A DNA stretch of 32,000 nucleotides from an uncultured Eubacteriales bacterium. Lineage in GTDB: Bacteria > Bacillota > Clostridia > Oscillospirales > Butyricicoccaceae. Both the position numbers and the translations under genes were made by a program. The notes beneath the pieces were generated by a model, which saw only the letters and a list, made by a program, of their open reading frames with translations, searched no databases and was not told where the DNA came from. The stretch is from assembly GCA_934395135.1 (NCBI GenBank), contig CAKRRK010000001.1:255375-287374 (forward strand), read 5' to 3'. This document shows, in pieces, positions 1 to 7,398 of the stretch (its first letter is position 1; every line of letters begins with the position of its first letter).

Positions 1-798
1 ATCCGCCGGGCCGTCCCGCAGTTCCGCCGCCTCTTTTTCCAGCGGTGCGTTACGATCGATTTTCGCCAGCCGATAACTGAGAAGCGCCAGTTCCCTGCCG
101 GCTTCCAGCTTTTTCCGCACTGCGTTTTTTACCGTGTCGCAGTTCAGATTCTGATACAGATTTTCCAGGGTATGGAATTGCCCAATGAGAGCAGCGGCCG
201 TCTTTTCCCCCACGCCGGGCACCCCGGGTATGTTATCCGAGGCGTCTCCCATCAACGCTTTCAAATCCACCAGATTTTCCGGCGGAAACCCATATTCCTC
301 CGCAAAAAGTTCTGCTGTATAGTTCCGGGAAGTGGTCTGTCCCATTTTGGTCGTCACAAGGCGCACCGTTGTGCCGGCGCCAAGGAGCTGCAGGCTGTCC
401 CGGTCTCCTGTCACAATGACGCATAAATCTCCCGCCCTGTTACAAGCCGCGGAAATCGTTCCCAGCAGGTCGTCCGCTTCATATCCTGCCAGTTCACAGG
501 TGACAATGCCCATGCAGGAAAGCACTTCCTTCAGTACTGGCAGCTGGCAGGCAAGTTCTTCCGGCATCCCCTTGCGCTGCGCCTTATATCCGTCATACAT
601 CTGGTGGCGGAAGGTTTTTTCCCGCACATCAAAGCACACAATCACATTATCCGGCCTTTCCTCCTCCTGCAATTTGAAAAATGTTGCCAAAAACCCATAA
701 ATTGCATTGGTGTAAAGTCCCTCATGATTTGTCAACAGCCGTATACCGTAAAACGCGCGGTTTAATATGCTGTTCCCGTCGATTATCATATGCTTCAT
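1..798 (-). CDS. polA: DNA polymerase I, N-terminal 5'-3' exonuclease domain (the gene continues past the window start)
   Basis: Not in the ORF track because it runs off the edge. My reverse-complement translation from the ATG at 798 gives MKHMIIDGNSILNRAFYGI...YDGYKAQRKGMPEEL...GYEADDLLGTIS...VTGDRDSLQL...LMGDASDNIPGVPGVGEKTA. These are classic FEN/5'-nuclease and H3TH motifs. A GGAGG RBS lies upstream and the frame stays open to position 1. Confidence 0.85.
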   Translation of the reverse strand, partial: MKHMIIDGNSILNRAFYGIRLLTNHEGLYTNAIYGFLATFFKLQEEERPDNVIVCFDVREKTFRHQMYDGYKAQRKGMPEELACQLPVLKEVLSCMGIVTCELAGYEADDLLGTISAACNRAGDLCVIVTGDRDSLQLLGAGTTVRLVTTKMGQTTSRNYTAELFAEEYGFPPENLVDLKALMGDASDNIPGVPGVGEKTAAALIGQFHTLENLYQNLNCDTVKNAVRKKLEAGRELALLSYRLAKIDRNAPLEKEAAELRDGPAD

Positions 799-952
799 AG
801 CGTAGGTTCCTCCCGTTTTCCTGCCGAAAAAATGCTGCCGCCGGCCTTTCCGGTCACTCCTGAGCTCAGCGGAAAATTGTTATTATAGTAGTATAACATT
901 TTTACTCGCTTTAAACAATATCGCCGAAAAATTCTCTGGGATTCCAGAATGC

Positions 953-982
953 AAAAAAAACGCAGGGGAAAACTTCCCCTGC
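953..982 (-). terminator. Rho-independent terminator of hup
   Basis: On the minus strand the sequence is GCAGGGGAA-GTT-TTCCCCTGC, a 9-bp GC-rich stem, followed by G plus a run of 8 T. It sits about 20 nt after the hup stop. Confidence 0.8.
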
Positions 983-1001
983 AACCTGTATCTTGCGCTG
1001 C

Positions 1002-1277
1002 TTATTTTGCAATTTTTTCTTTTAGGTTTGTGCTTGCCTTAAATACCGGAATTTTCGCCGCCGGAATGGTCATACTTTTGTTTGTTCTGGGATTTCTGCC
1101 GACACGTTCGGCCCGCTCCTTCACAGAAAATGTGCCAAAGCCGGAAAACTGGATTTTGTCCCCTTCGGCAAGCACCTCTTCCACCGACGCGATCACCGCG
1201 GCAAGCGCCGCCTCCGCATCTTTTTTGGTAAGGCCGGCTTTTTCTGAAACCTTGATAATAAAATCCGATTTTGTCAT
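1002..1277 (-). CDS. hup: HU family nucleoid-associated DNA-binding protein
   Basis: 91 aa. MTKSDFIIKVSEKAGLTKKDAEAAL...GFGTFSVKERAERVGRNPRT...IPAAKIPVFKA is the canonical HU/IHF fold signature. The RBS is GGAGAAGGG. Confidence 0.95.
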   Translation of the reverse strand: MTKSDFIIKVSEKAGLTKKDAEAALAAVIASVEEVLAEGDKIQFSGFGTFSVKERAERVGRNPRTNKSMTIPAAKIPVFKASTNLKEKIAK

Positions 1278-1317
1278 ACCCTTCTCCTATTCTTGACATA
1301 TTTTGCAATGCAATTTC

Positions 1318-1345
1318 ATTATACCGCATTGCACAAGTTTTGCAA
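1318..1345 (-). promoter_or_regulatory. Putative sigma-A promoter of hup
   Basis: On the minus strand: TTGCAA (1345-1340), a 16-nt spacer, then TATAAT (1323-1318). It lies about 40 nt upstream of the hup ATG. Confidence 0.5.
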
Positions 1346-1546
1346 TGTTCTTTGAATAGATTTTTTCAATTTTGTACCTTTTGTAAAATAATATTATATC
1401 TTTTTAGAAAAAAGATACAATTCTGCCTGCCGTTCGCAAAGGCGAAGAGGATCGTTCCCAAAAAATGCAGACAAACCGGCAAACGGCGCAGAGCTTGCAC
1501 CCTGCGCCGCCATGGTCGATCCATCGAAGGCTCCGCCGTCGTCCCA

Positions 1547-2323
1547 TCAGCCTACTTTCAGCTGCAGGCGCAGGCGGTCGGCAATCATAGAAATGAATTC
1601 TGAATTCGTGGGTTTGCCTTTGGAATTGGAAATGGTATAGCCGAAAAAGCTTTGCAGGATTTCCACATCGCCTCTGTCCCATGCAACTTCAATGGCATGG
1701 CGAATGGCGCGCTCTACCCTGGAAGACGTGGTCTTGTATTTTTTCGCCACGGTTGGATATAATATTTTTGTAATGGCATTGATGGCTTCCATATCCTTTA
1801 CGGTCATAATGATCGCTTCCCGCAAATACTGATAACCTTTGATATGGGCGGGAACGCCGATCTCATGGATAATATTGGTGACCCGCAGTTCAATCTCCAG
1901 ATCCTCGTTCATCTCCTTTTGCGGGCTGGCCTGCACAAACGACCGCTTGCCGCCGCCCACGGAGAGGATCCTTTGCACAAGGGATCCCATGTCCACTGGT
2001 TTGCGGAGGAGGTGACTGACGCCAAGTTCGGAACATTCCAGGCCCGTCTCGTCGGAGGTAAAAGCAGATACAACAATGACGCTCGGCTTTTTGTCCAGCT
2101 TTTCCTGTACCTGACGAACGACGGCAAGGCCGTCAAGTCCGGACAGCACAATGTCAATCACAACAACATCCGGCTGTGCCTCGAGAATGCGTTCCACCGC
2201 CTCTTTTCCATCTCCCACGCTTCCTGTTACCGCGATGCGTTTTTCTCCAGCGGCATAATCCTCCAGCATTGTTCTGAAGTCCCTGTCTCCGTCTGCAATG
2301 AATAATTTGATTTTATTTTCCAT
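1547..2323 (-). CDS. spo0A: Sporulation master regulator Spo0A (response regulator)
   Basis: The receiver domain shows KLFIADGD...[13 protein letters not shown]. The Spo0A-specific C-terminal DNA-binding domain shows [20 protein letters not shown] and [16 protein letters not shown] place the start at the internal ATG (MENKIKL) preceded by GAGGAA; the 15-codon extension in the ORF track has no RBS. Confidence 0.95.
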   Translation of the reverse strand: MENKIKLFIADGDRDFRTMLEDYAAGEKRIAVTGSVGDGKEAVERILEAQPDVVVIDIVLSGLDGLAVVRQVQEKLDKKPSVIVVSAFTSDETGLECSELGVSHLLRKPVDMGSLVQRILSVGGGKRSFVQASPQKEMNEDLEIELRVTNIIHEIGVPAHIKGYQYLREAIIMTVKDMEAINAITKILYPTVAKKYKTTSSRVERAIRHAIEVAWDRGDVEILQSFFGYTISNSKGKPTNSEFISMIADRLRLQLKVG

Positions 2324-2448
2324 GATAAATTCCTCAGCCTTCCAACAAATCTTCGTATATTCTGTCACCTGACAACCATTAATTTACCATGTTTTTCCAG
2401 ATACCTCAATAGAATTTCCCATTATTTCCCAAAATTTTCCAATTCTTT

Positions 2449-2465
2449 TTCGACATATTTCGACA
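2449..2465 (-). promoter_or_regulatory. Two tandem perfect Spo0A boxes (TGTCGAA) upstream of spo0A
   Basis: The plus strand reads TTCGACA at 2449-2455 and again at 2459-2465, which is TGTCGAA twice on the spo0A strand. Spacing is 10 bp centre to centre, about 125-140 nt upstream of the spo0A ATG. Confidence 0.6.
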
Positions 2466-2483
2466 TTTTGTTGTTGTTTTTGT

Positions 2484-3485
2484 TTAGCTTTTCGCGGTTT
2501 CCAGCATTTCGTCAATAAAAATGCCATATCCCCGCTGGGGATCGTTTACCAAAACATGCGTCACCGCGCCTACCAGTTTTCCGTTTTGCAGAATGGGGGA
2601 ACCGGACATTCCCTGCACAATGCCGCCTGTCTTTTCCAGGAGTTTCGGGTCGGTAATGCGGATCATAAAGTTTCTGCCGCTTTTATCGGCGGAGGCAATC
2701 TTCAGGATTTCTGCGGTGTACGCTTCCACCCGGCTGCCCTCCACATTGGCGAGGATTTCCACCGGGCCGGTGGTCACTTCGGAAAATTCTGCCGTAGGAA
2801 CGGTCTGTTTCCCCTGATAGAAGCTGCCCTGCGTCACCGTCCCAAAGATGCCGCTGTCGGTATTTTTCTCAATGGTGCCAATATCCGATGAAAATTGAAA
2901 TTCCCCTTCCAGCTCTCCCGGTGCGCCTACTTCCCCTTTCTGCACCCCTGCCACAGAGGATTCTGTGATGGCGCCTTCCTTCATAGGGATAAGCTGGCCG
3001 GTTTCACTGTCACAAATGCCATGGCCCAGAGAACCGTAATCTCCCGTCTGGGGATCAATATAGGTGATGGTGCCGATTCCTGCCATACTGTCCCGTATCA
3101 TTACGCCAATTCGATATTTTCCGTCCATGGAACGCACCGGCGCGACGGTGCAGGTATTTTCCTGCTCCTGCCTTCGGTAAGCGATCCGGATCGCTTCCCC
3201 GTTGCTTTGAAAAATGGTTTGCCGCAAATCTTCATTGGAAAGCACGTTTTTACCGTTTGCGGAAATAATTACGTCGCCTTCCTGCAGGCCTGCGTCTTTT
3301 GCCGGAGTCTTCTCGCCGCTTTCCGTCTGCACCGAGGAAAGTTTGACAATCACCGCCCCGTCCGTCGAAAGCTTGATGCCTACTGTCTGTCCCACTGGAA
3401 TCAGTTCCTGCGCAAACACGGTTGTAATGGTAAGAAGGACGGTCAAAAACAGCGAGGCTGTCATTTTAACTGCCTTTTTTTGCAT
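2484..3485 (-). CDS. spoIVB: SpoIVB peptidase (S55 signalling serine protease with PDZ domain)
   Basis: 333 aa. It has an N-terminal signal/TM segment, a PDZ-like GLQEGDVIISANGK, and the S55 catalytic region GGIVQGMSGSPILQNGKLVGAVTHVLVNDPQRGYGIFIDEML. The spoIVB-spo0A adjacency is conserved. The RBS is AAAGGAGGTG. Confidence 0.92.
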   Translation of the reverse strand: MQKKAVKMTASLFLTVLLTITTVFAQELIPVGQTVGIKLSTDGAVIVKLSSVQTESGEKTPAKDAGLQEGDVIISANGKNVLSNEDLRQTIFQSNGEAIRIAYRRQEQENTCTVAPVRSMDGKYRIGVMIRDSMAGIGTITYIDPQTGDYGSLGHGICDSETGQLIPMKEGAITESSVAGVQKGEVGAPGELEGEFQFSSDIGTIEKNTDSGIFGTVTQGSFYQGKQTVPTAEFSEVTTGPVEILANVEGSRVEAYTAEILKIASADKSGRNFMIRITDPKLLEKTGGIVQGMSGSPILQNGKLVGAVTHVLVNDPQRGYGIFIDEMLETAKS

Positions 3486-3712
3486 TTTTTCACCTCCTTT
3501 ATGTTATTTACTATTCCACAAAGAAATGAAAAAATAGCTGAGATTGTTTTCTTATTTCCTAAGGATTTGACTTGTCAAATTTTTTTAAATGACTGCGGCT
3601 TTCTTTTCTCCCTGTGCAGCGCACCTTCCCTGGAGCCCCGGGCCGCGGTTTCTCTTTCTCCCCTCCGCCGCGCGTCTTTTTTCATGACCGCTTTTCTGCA
3701 AATCCATTTTTC

Positions 3713-3741
3713 TTGCATATATTTTTTTCTTTTGCTATACT
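3713..3741 (+). promoter_or_regulatory. Putative sigma-A promoter for the SLOG/DUF2493 gene
   Basis: TTGCAT (3713-3718), a 17-nt T-rich spacer, then TATACT (3736-3741). It lies about 80 nt upstream of the ATG at 3822. Confidence 0.4.
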
Positions 3742-3821
3742 AAAAACAGAACGGTATGCTGGCGTTGGAATGCTGTTCCTCCGCCGCATTGTATTTGAAC
3801 TGTTTTGGAGGGAACGCACCT

Positions 3822-4181
3822 ATGAAAGTCGCCGTCATTGGTTCCAGATGTGCCGACGAATCCAGCTATCTGCCGCTATGCGAGGCAGTGCCTTTGGGCG
3901 CCAGCGAAATCCTGTCCGGCGGCGCGCCTGGCGCGGACGCCCTTGCAAAGCGTTATGCGGCGGAGGGCGGCCTTTTGTTCCGGGAATTTCTGCCAAACTA
4001 TGAACGATACGGAAAAAACGCGCCGCTGGTCCGCAATGCGGAAATCGTTCAGCACGCCGACTATGTCATCGCTATCTGGGACGGCGTATCCAAGGGCACC
4101 GGCTCTGTCATCATGGAATGCCTGAAAACATATACGCCGGTCAAGGTAATTGGCTGCAGCCCATCTTCCAAGCCTTTGTAG
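3822..4181 (+). CDS. SLOG-superfamily / DUF2493-like small protein (DprA/LOG-like Rossmannoid fold)
   Basis: 119 aa, starting at an internal ATG preceded by GGAGGG with 9-nt spacing. MKVAVIGSR...ILSGGAPGADALAKRYAAEGG...PNYERYGKNAPLVRNAEIV..ADYVIAIWDGVSKGTGSVI matches my recollection of the DUF2493/SLOG pattern: GxR, GGAxGAD..A..wA, then yG..A...RN. The family call is from memory and has not been searched. Confidence 0.65.
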   Translation: MKVAVIGSRCADESSYLPLCEAVPLGASEILSGGAPGADALAKRYAAEGGLLFREFLPNYERYGKNAPLVRNAEIVQHADYVIAIWDGVSKGTGSVIMECLKTYTPVKVIGCSPSSKPL

Positions 4182-4354
4182 CATTCCGCAATTGGCTGCT
4201 GCAATACGCATAAGCCGCTGAAAATTCCTTCCGGTGCTTTTGGTCCGTTTCTTTGGCGTGACCACATGTTTCATTTTAACTTATTGATATATTTTTTATT
4301 TATATTACAATTTGTATATTTTCAAACGCCGCGGCGACGGACAAACGAATACAC

Positions 4355-4381
4355 AAAACGGACAGCTGAGCTGTCCGTTTT
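4355..4381. terminator. Bidirectional rho-independent terminator between the convergent SLOG gene and the P-loop gene
   Basis: AAAACGGACAGC-TGA-GCTGTCCGTTTT forms a perfect 12-bp stem. An A-run sits on one side and a T-run on the other, so it can terminate both strands. It lies 18 nt after the stop of the minus-strand operon. Confidence 0.8.
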
Positions 4382-4398
4382 CCTCTGTTCCGCCAAAA

Positions 4399-5331
4399 TC
4401 AAGAATATGTTGCAACCTCCACCTTGGGCGGCATCGCCGGCTCAAATGACTGAAATACCAGCACCGGACCTTCTCCCATATAAATTTTGTGATATTCCTT
4501 TGTCATCCTGGCCGTAAGACGAATCCACTGATTGTTTATGAGCCGCAGTTCCTCGCCGCATCGGCACACCACGGCCTTGTATGACAGATCCTCTATGTTG
4601 CATGTCATTACCATCCGGCCAATGATAAAATCATATTGGTTCACGCGAAATTCCGTGTTGACCATTCCATGCAAGACAATGACCTTGTCCTGGTATTTTT
4701 CCGGCGCTTCGGTAAAGTCCCGGTGCCACACAGCATAGTCCGCATCCCGCAGCACAATCGTATCCCGGGTAATGTCATACGGCAGAATGTCCGGCAAATC
4801 GTCGATTTCCAGCCGGCCGTCTTCATATTCATACACAATTTCACAATTGCGGTTTATCGCCCGCACGGTTTTGTGCAGCGCCGCTTTTTCCATGTCTTTG
4901 CCGCAGCGGTTCAGCACCACCCGGGTGCAGCCCATCAGCTTGTCTGTTACATAACTGCGGGCATACTGGTCATACTGCGGATATACCCGCCCGTCCCCCA
5001 GAACGATTTCCTGCTCGAGAAACCAGCCGTCCGGCAAGTTGTCCCGCAGGAATTTCATCGGCCAGTTTCCATTCATCTCCACAATAACCCGTTGTGGATG
5101 CAGTTCGTCGTTCCAGTCGGACAATGTGAAAAAATTCAAGGCGGTATGCTCGTGTATCGTTTTGATCGTGCTGTTCTGCGGCATGTCTTTTTCTTCCAGC
5201 CGCGCTTCCCCCTGCTCTGTCAAAATGACAAGCAGCCCGCCGTCCGGCACGCCGTTCTTCAGCCGGCGCCGAATGTATGTGGTTTTTCCCGCGCCGGGAA
5301 ACCCACTGTAAACTTCCACCGGTACCCTCAT
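4399..5331 (-). CDS. Atypical G3E (CobW/HypB/UreG)-like P-loop NTPase fused to a DUF1980/TIGR03943-like C-terminal domain
   Basis: The start is the internal ATG (MRVPVEVYSGF) with a GGAGGG RBS. Walker A is GFPGAGKTT, the CobW-like layout LVILTEQGE...VIVEMNGNWP is kept, and the NKxD is degenerate (LNRCGKD). The CobW CxCC metal motif is absent. The C-terminal ~110 aa (KVIVLHGMV...FIIGRMVMTCNIEDLSYKAVVC...QWIRLTARM...GPVLVFQSFEPAM) resemble the soluble C-terminus of TIGR03943/DUF1980 proteins, from memory. Confidence 0.55.
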   Translation of the reverse strand: MRVPVEVYSGFPGAGKTTYIRRRLKNGVPDGGLLVILTEQGEARLEEKDMPQNSTIKTIHEHTALNFFTLSDWNDELHPQRVIVEMNGNWPMKFLRDNLPDGWFLEQEIVLGDGRVYPQYDQYARSYVTDKLMGCTRVVLNRCGKDMEKAALHKTVRAINRNCEIVYEYEDGRLEIDDLPDILPYDITRDTIVLRDADYAVWHRDFTEAPEKYQDKVIVLHGMVNTEFRVNQYDFIIGRMVMTCNIEDLSYKAVVCRCGEELRLINNQWIRLTARMTKEYHKIYMGEGPVLVFQSFEPAMPPKVEVATYS

Positions 5332-5356
5332 CGCTTTCCCTCCTGCTGTTTTTGCT

Positions 5357-6379
5357 TTAAAACGCATACTGCCCGTCCTGATTGGTGTATTTTACAAGAC
5401 AGTGAAGATATTCTGTGGTTTTTTTTGCCTTATGTTTCCGGTTTGCTTCTTTGTCCGCCCGGAAACGCCGATGATCCTTGGACACCACATCGTATCTGCC
5501 ATATTTCTGCATAATGTTCCGTATGGTCTCAAAGGACATCAGCCCTTCGTTATTATAACTCAAAAAGATATATTTAAAATTGGCCCGCCGAATGATGGTT
5601 TCAAAGTCGCCCGCCACATTCCGTTTGGAGCAAAAGCCGCTTTTTCGGGCTGTTTCCTTGCGCAGACCGGTTTTTCCCATCAGCGCCGGGCTGTCATACC
5701 GGGATATGGTTTCCAGCAAATGATAATTGGCGTTATACTGCCGGGCATTGTAGGGCGGATCCAGATAGAGCACCTCGCCCCGGACTTCTTCGATAAGGTC
5801 GCTGACGTCCTGGTTATACACCCGGCCGAGAGGCCCGTCCGGCGCTGCCAGCGGTTCAATGACAAACCGCTTTTCCGCCGCCTTTTTAATGTGCTTCAGA
5901 TGCGCCCCATAGACAGACGCGGTATTGGCATATTTGTCAATGGAATTTAAAACGCTCGCCAGGCAGAACCAATATTGGTCGTCGCTGATCTCTCCCGCGT
6001 CATACATCCGCTGCAGTTCCTGCCGCACCGCGTCGCATTTTTTTCCGTTTTCGTCCGTAAAATAAATGCGGCCGCTGCCGGACCCCTGGCAATAATTGTT
6101 ATACACAAACCCCTCCACACCGGACAGGCTGTTCAGATAGTCAATTTTGTCCCGGGGCAAATCCGCCGGATTGCCAATCAAATGACGGTTGATGGCATAG
6201 CTGTAATGCTGGAAATCATTGGCAATGACAAAACTGCCGTTTTCCCGGAACTTTGCGCCCACAACTCCGGTGCCCGCGAACAGGTCGGCAAATACTTTTC
6301 CTTCCAGATGCCCCGTCACATCGGTAATCGCAGTATATAAAAAATCCAGAATGGAATATTTGGAACCGATGTAATTCAT
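5357..6379 (-). CDS. N6-adenine DNA methyltransferase, D12 class (alpha motif order), FokI-N-domain/NlaIII-like branch
   Basis: It starts MNYIGSKYSILDFL. Motif I is FADLFAGTGVVG and motif IV is LYLDPPYNARQYNANYHLLETISRYDSPALMGKTGLR. The later FLSYNNEGL closely follows the pattern I recall for the M.FokI N-terminal half. The ATG at 6379 overlaps the TGA of the upstream WYL gene (ATGA). Confidence 0.85.
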   Translation of the reverse strand: MNYIGSKYSILDFLYTAITDVTGHLEGKVFADLFAGTGVVGAKFRENGSFVIANDFQHYSYAINRHLIGNPADLPRDKIDYLNSLSGVEGFVYNNYCQGSGSGRIYFTDENGKKCDAVRQELQRMYDAGEISDDQYWFCLASVLNSIDKYANTASVYGAHLKHIKKAAEKRFVIEPLAAPDGPLGRVYNQDVSDLIEEVRGEVLYLDPPYNARQYNANYHLLETISRYDSPALMGKTGLRKETARKSGFCSKRNVAGDFETIIRRANFKYIFLSYNNEGLMSFETIRNIMQKYGRYDVVSKDHRRFRADKEANRKHKAKKTTEYLHCLVKYTNQDGQYAF

Positions 6380-7398
6380 GCTTGCCTTTCCTCCCCGCTG
6401 CAATACATTGCTTTTACACTGCTAAGGTAGTCTGTAAACTGCCGCCGGATTTCCAGCGGCGAAACAATTTCCACACCGTCTGCCAGACCAAACAGCCAGC
6501 CAAAAAACTGCGGGCTGACCTGCGCCCGAACTGTGACGGAAAAATGGTCGGTTCCGTCGGGCACCAAAATCAGCTCTCTGCCGAACCGCTCCGTTACAAC
6601 GCCCACCAACCGGTTTTCAAAACGCAGCGTTACCTGTTCCTGCGCACCGGCAAACATGCCGAACAGCATCTGAGAATACAGCGCTGTATCAAACCGCTCA
6701 AACGCACTTTTTCCCTGGCGTTTTCCGTCTGTAATGCGGATATCCTGCATTTTGTCTACCCGGTAATGGCGAACTTCCCGGGTATGCTCATCAAAGGCCA
6801 CAAGATAATAGTTTTCGTTATCCCAGATAAGCGCCCAGGGGGAGACGGCATAGTCCCCGCCATTCCGGCGGAAACGTTTTGTCACCTTTTCCGGGGCTGA
6901 CCAGTCCAGCACCCATTCAAAATATTTCATCCGGATACAGCAGTCCTGCTGGATCGCCTGATGGATGGTGTCAATGTTGTAATACACGCTGTGGTTCATG
7001 GTTTTGATCCGGTTTGTGACAAACACCTGATGCTGCAGCTGCCTGGCTTCGTACTTTGACGCCAGTCCCTCCAGCTTTTGAATGAGTTCTCCCGTCTTTT
7101 TATGGGTAATAAACCGGGACGCCTGCACCGCATCCACCAACAGCTTGAGTTCCGGAAGTTCAAACGGCCGGCTCGCCATATAGTAGCTGTAATGCCTGCC
7201 GGGGCGGGTTTCAATATCATACCCAAATTCCCGCAGCACGGCAATATCATCGTACACGCTTTTTCGCTCCGCATGAATCTGCCGACGCGAAAGTTCCATT
7301 AGAATTTCTTGCATCGTCACAGGATGCGCTTCATCTGTCTGCGCCAAAATCTGGAGCAAATGCAGCAGTTTTCCCTTTTGATTGGCACTTTTCGCCAT
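6376..7398 (-). CDS. HTH-WYL-WCX transcriptional regulator (YafY/PafBC/BrxR/CapW-like)
   Basis: The N-terminal wHTH is KLLHLLQILAQTDEAHPVTMQEILMELS...SVYDDIAVLREFGYDIE. The central WYL domain is YAVSPWALIWDNENYYLVAFDEHTREVRHYRVDKMQDIRI. The C-terminal WCX-like region is VTLRFENRLVGVV...FFGWLFGLADGVEIVSPLEIR. The ATG at 7398 is preceded by AAGGGAG; the TTG at 7407 in the track is less likely. Confidence 0.85.
   Translation of the reverse strand: MAKSANQKGKLLHLLQILAQTDEAHPVTMQEILMELSRRQIHAERKSVYDDIAVLREFGYDIETRPGRHYSYYMASRPFELPELKLLVDAVQASRFITHKKTGELIQKLEGLASKYEARQLQHQVFVTNRIKTMNHSVYYNIDTIHQAIQQDCCIRMKYFEWVLDWSAPEKVTKRFRRNGGDYAVSPWALIWDNENYYLVAFDEHTREVRHYRVDKMQDIRITDGKRQGKSAFERFDTALYSQMLFGMFAGAQEQVTLRFENRLVGVVTERFGRELILVPDGTDHFSVTVRAQVSPQFFGWLFGLADGVEIVSPLEIRRQFTDYLSSVKAMYCSGEERQA

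Noticed and set aside
1293-1347. Three copies of the heptamer TGCAATG/CATTGCA, including the palindrome TTGCA-N-TGCAA in the hup 5' region.
   Set aside because: Most parsimoniously these are overlapping -35-like TTGCAA hexamers of one or more hup promoters. Similar TTGCAA/TTGCAT clusters occur in the nagB promoter region. There is no evidence for a dedicated regulator site.
1485-1508. A possible spo0A terminator hairpin (GGCGCAG-10 nt-CTGCGCC), and a similar weak 7-bp hairpin downstream of the dehydrogenase gene (about 8545-8575).
   Set aside because: The stems are short, and the T-runs are interrupted or displaced by several nucleotides from the stem. Confidence is too low to list them as features.
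2324-2368. N-terminal extensions of track ORFs: spo0A, the SLOG gene from 3756, the P-loop gene to 5367, the MTase to 6403, the macro-domain gene to 10420, the isomerase to 15985, nifS from 17493, mfd from 19234, and prsA-like from 22937.
   Set aside because: In every case an internal ATG preceded by a good Shine-Dalgarno sequence gives the family-typical N-terminus. The extensions overlap neighbouring genes, terminators or promoters.
3601-3690. A GC-rich, C/T-skewed patch (…CCCTGGAGCCCCGGGCCGCGG…CCTCCGCCGCGCG…) within the otherwise AT-rich spoIVB-SLOG intergenic region, considered as a gene remnant or structured RNA.
   Set aside because: I could fold no convincing hairpin. No ORF with an RBS is present, and the overlapping track ORFs (2895-3743 and 3614-4003) are compositionally implausible. 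It may be a decayed fragment, but nothing can be supported.
3707-3715. A shared 9-mer TTTTTCTTG at 3707-3715 and 7634-7642, on both sides of the islet, considered as possible att-like direct repeats marking an insertion.
   Set aside because: It is a short, T-rich, low-complexity match inside promoter regions. There is no integrase, recombinase or tRNA target, so it is insufficient evidence for a mobile element.
4266-4320. A 55-bp strongly AT-rich block between the SLOG stop and the shared terminator. It has promoter-like hexamers on both strands (plus: TTGATA-16-TACAAT), which could give a ~60-nt transcript or an antisense RNA into the SLOG gene.
   Set aside because: Hexamer matches are expected by chance in such AT-rich DNA. 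I found no supporting structure or ORF. It cannot be supported without transcriptome data.
4399-5331. A search of the P-loop protein, and of all frames between 3.7 and 7.4 kb, for a restriction-endonuclease signature (PD-(D/E)XK, HNH, GIY-YIG, PLD) that would pair with the methyltransferase.
   Set aside because: No convincing motif was found by eye. The acidic stretch EIDDLPDILPYD...PEKYQDK does not fit D...(D/E)XK spacing. Nuclease folds are hard to see without profile or structure searches, so this is absence of evidence only.
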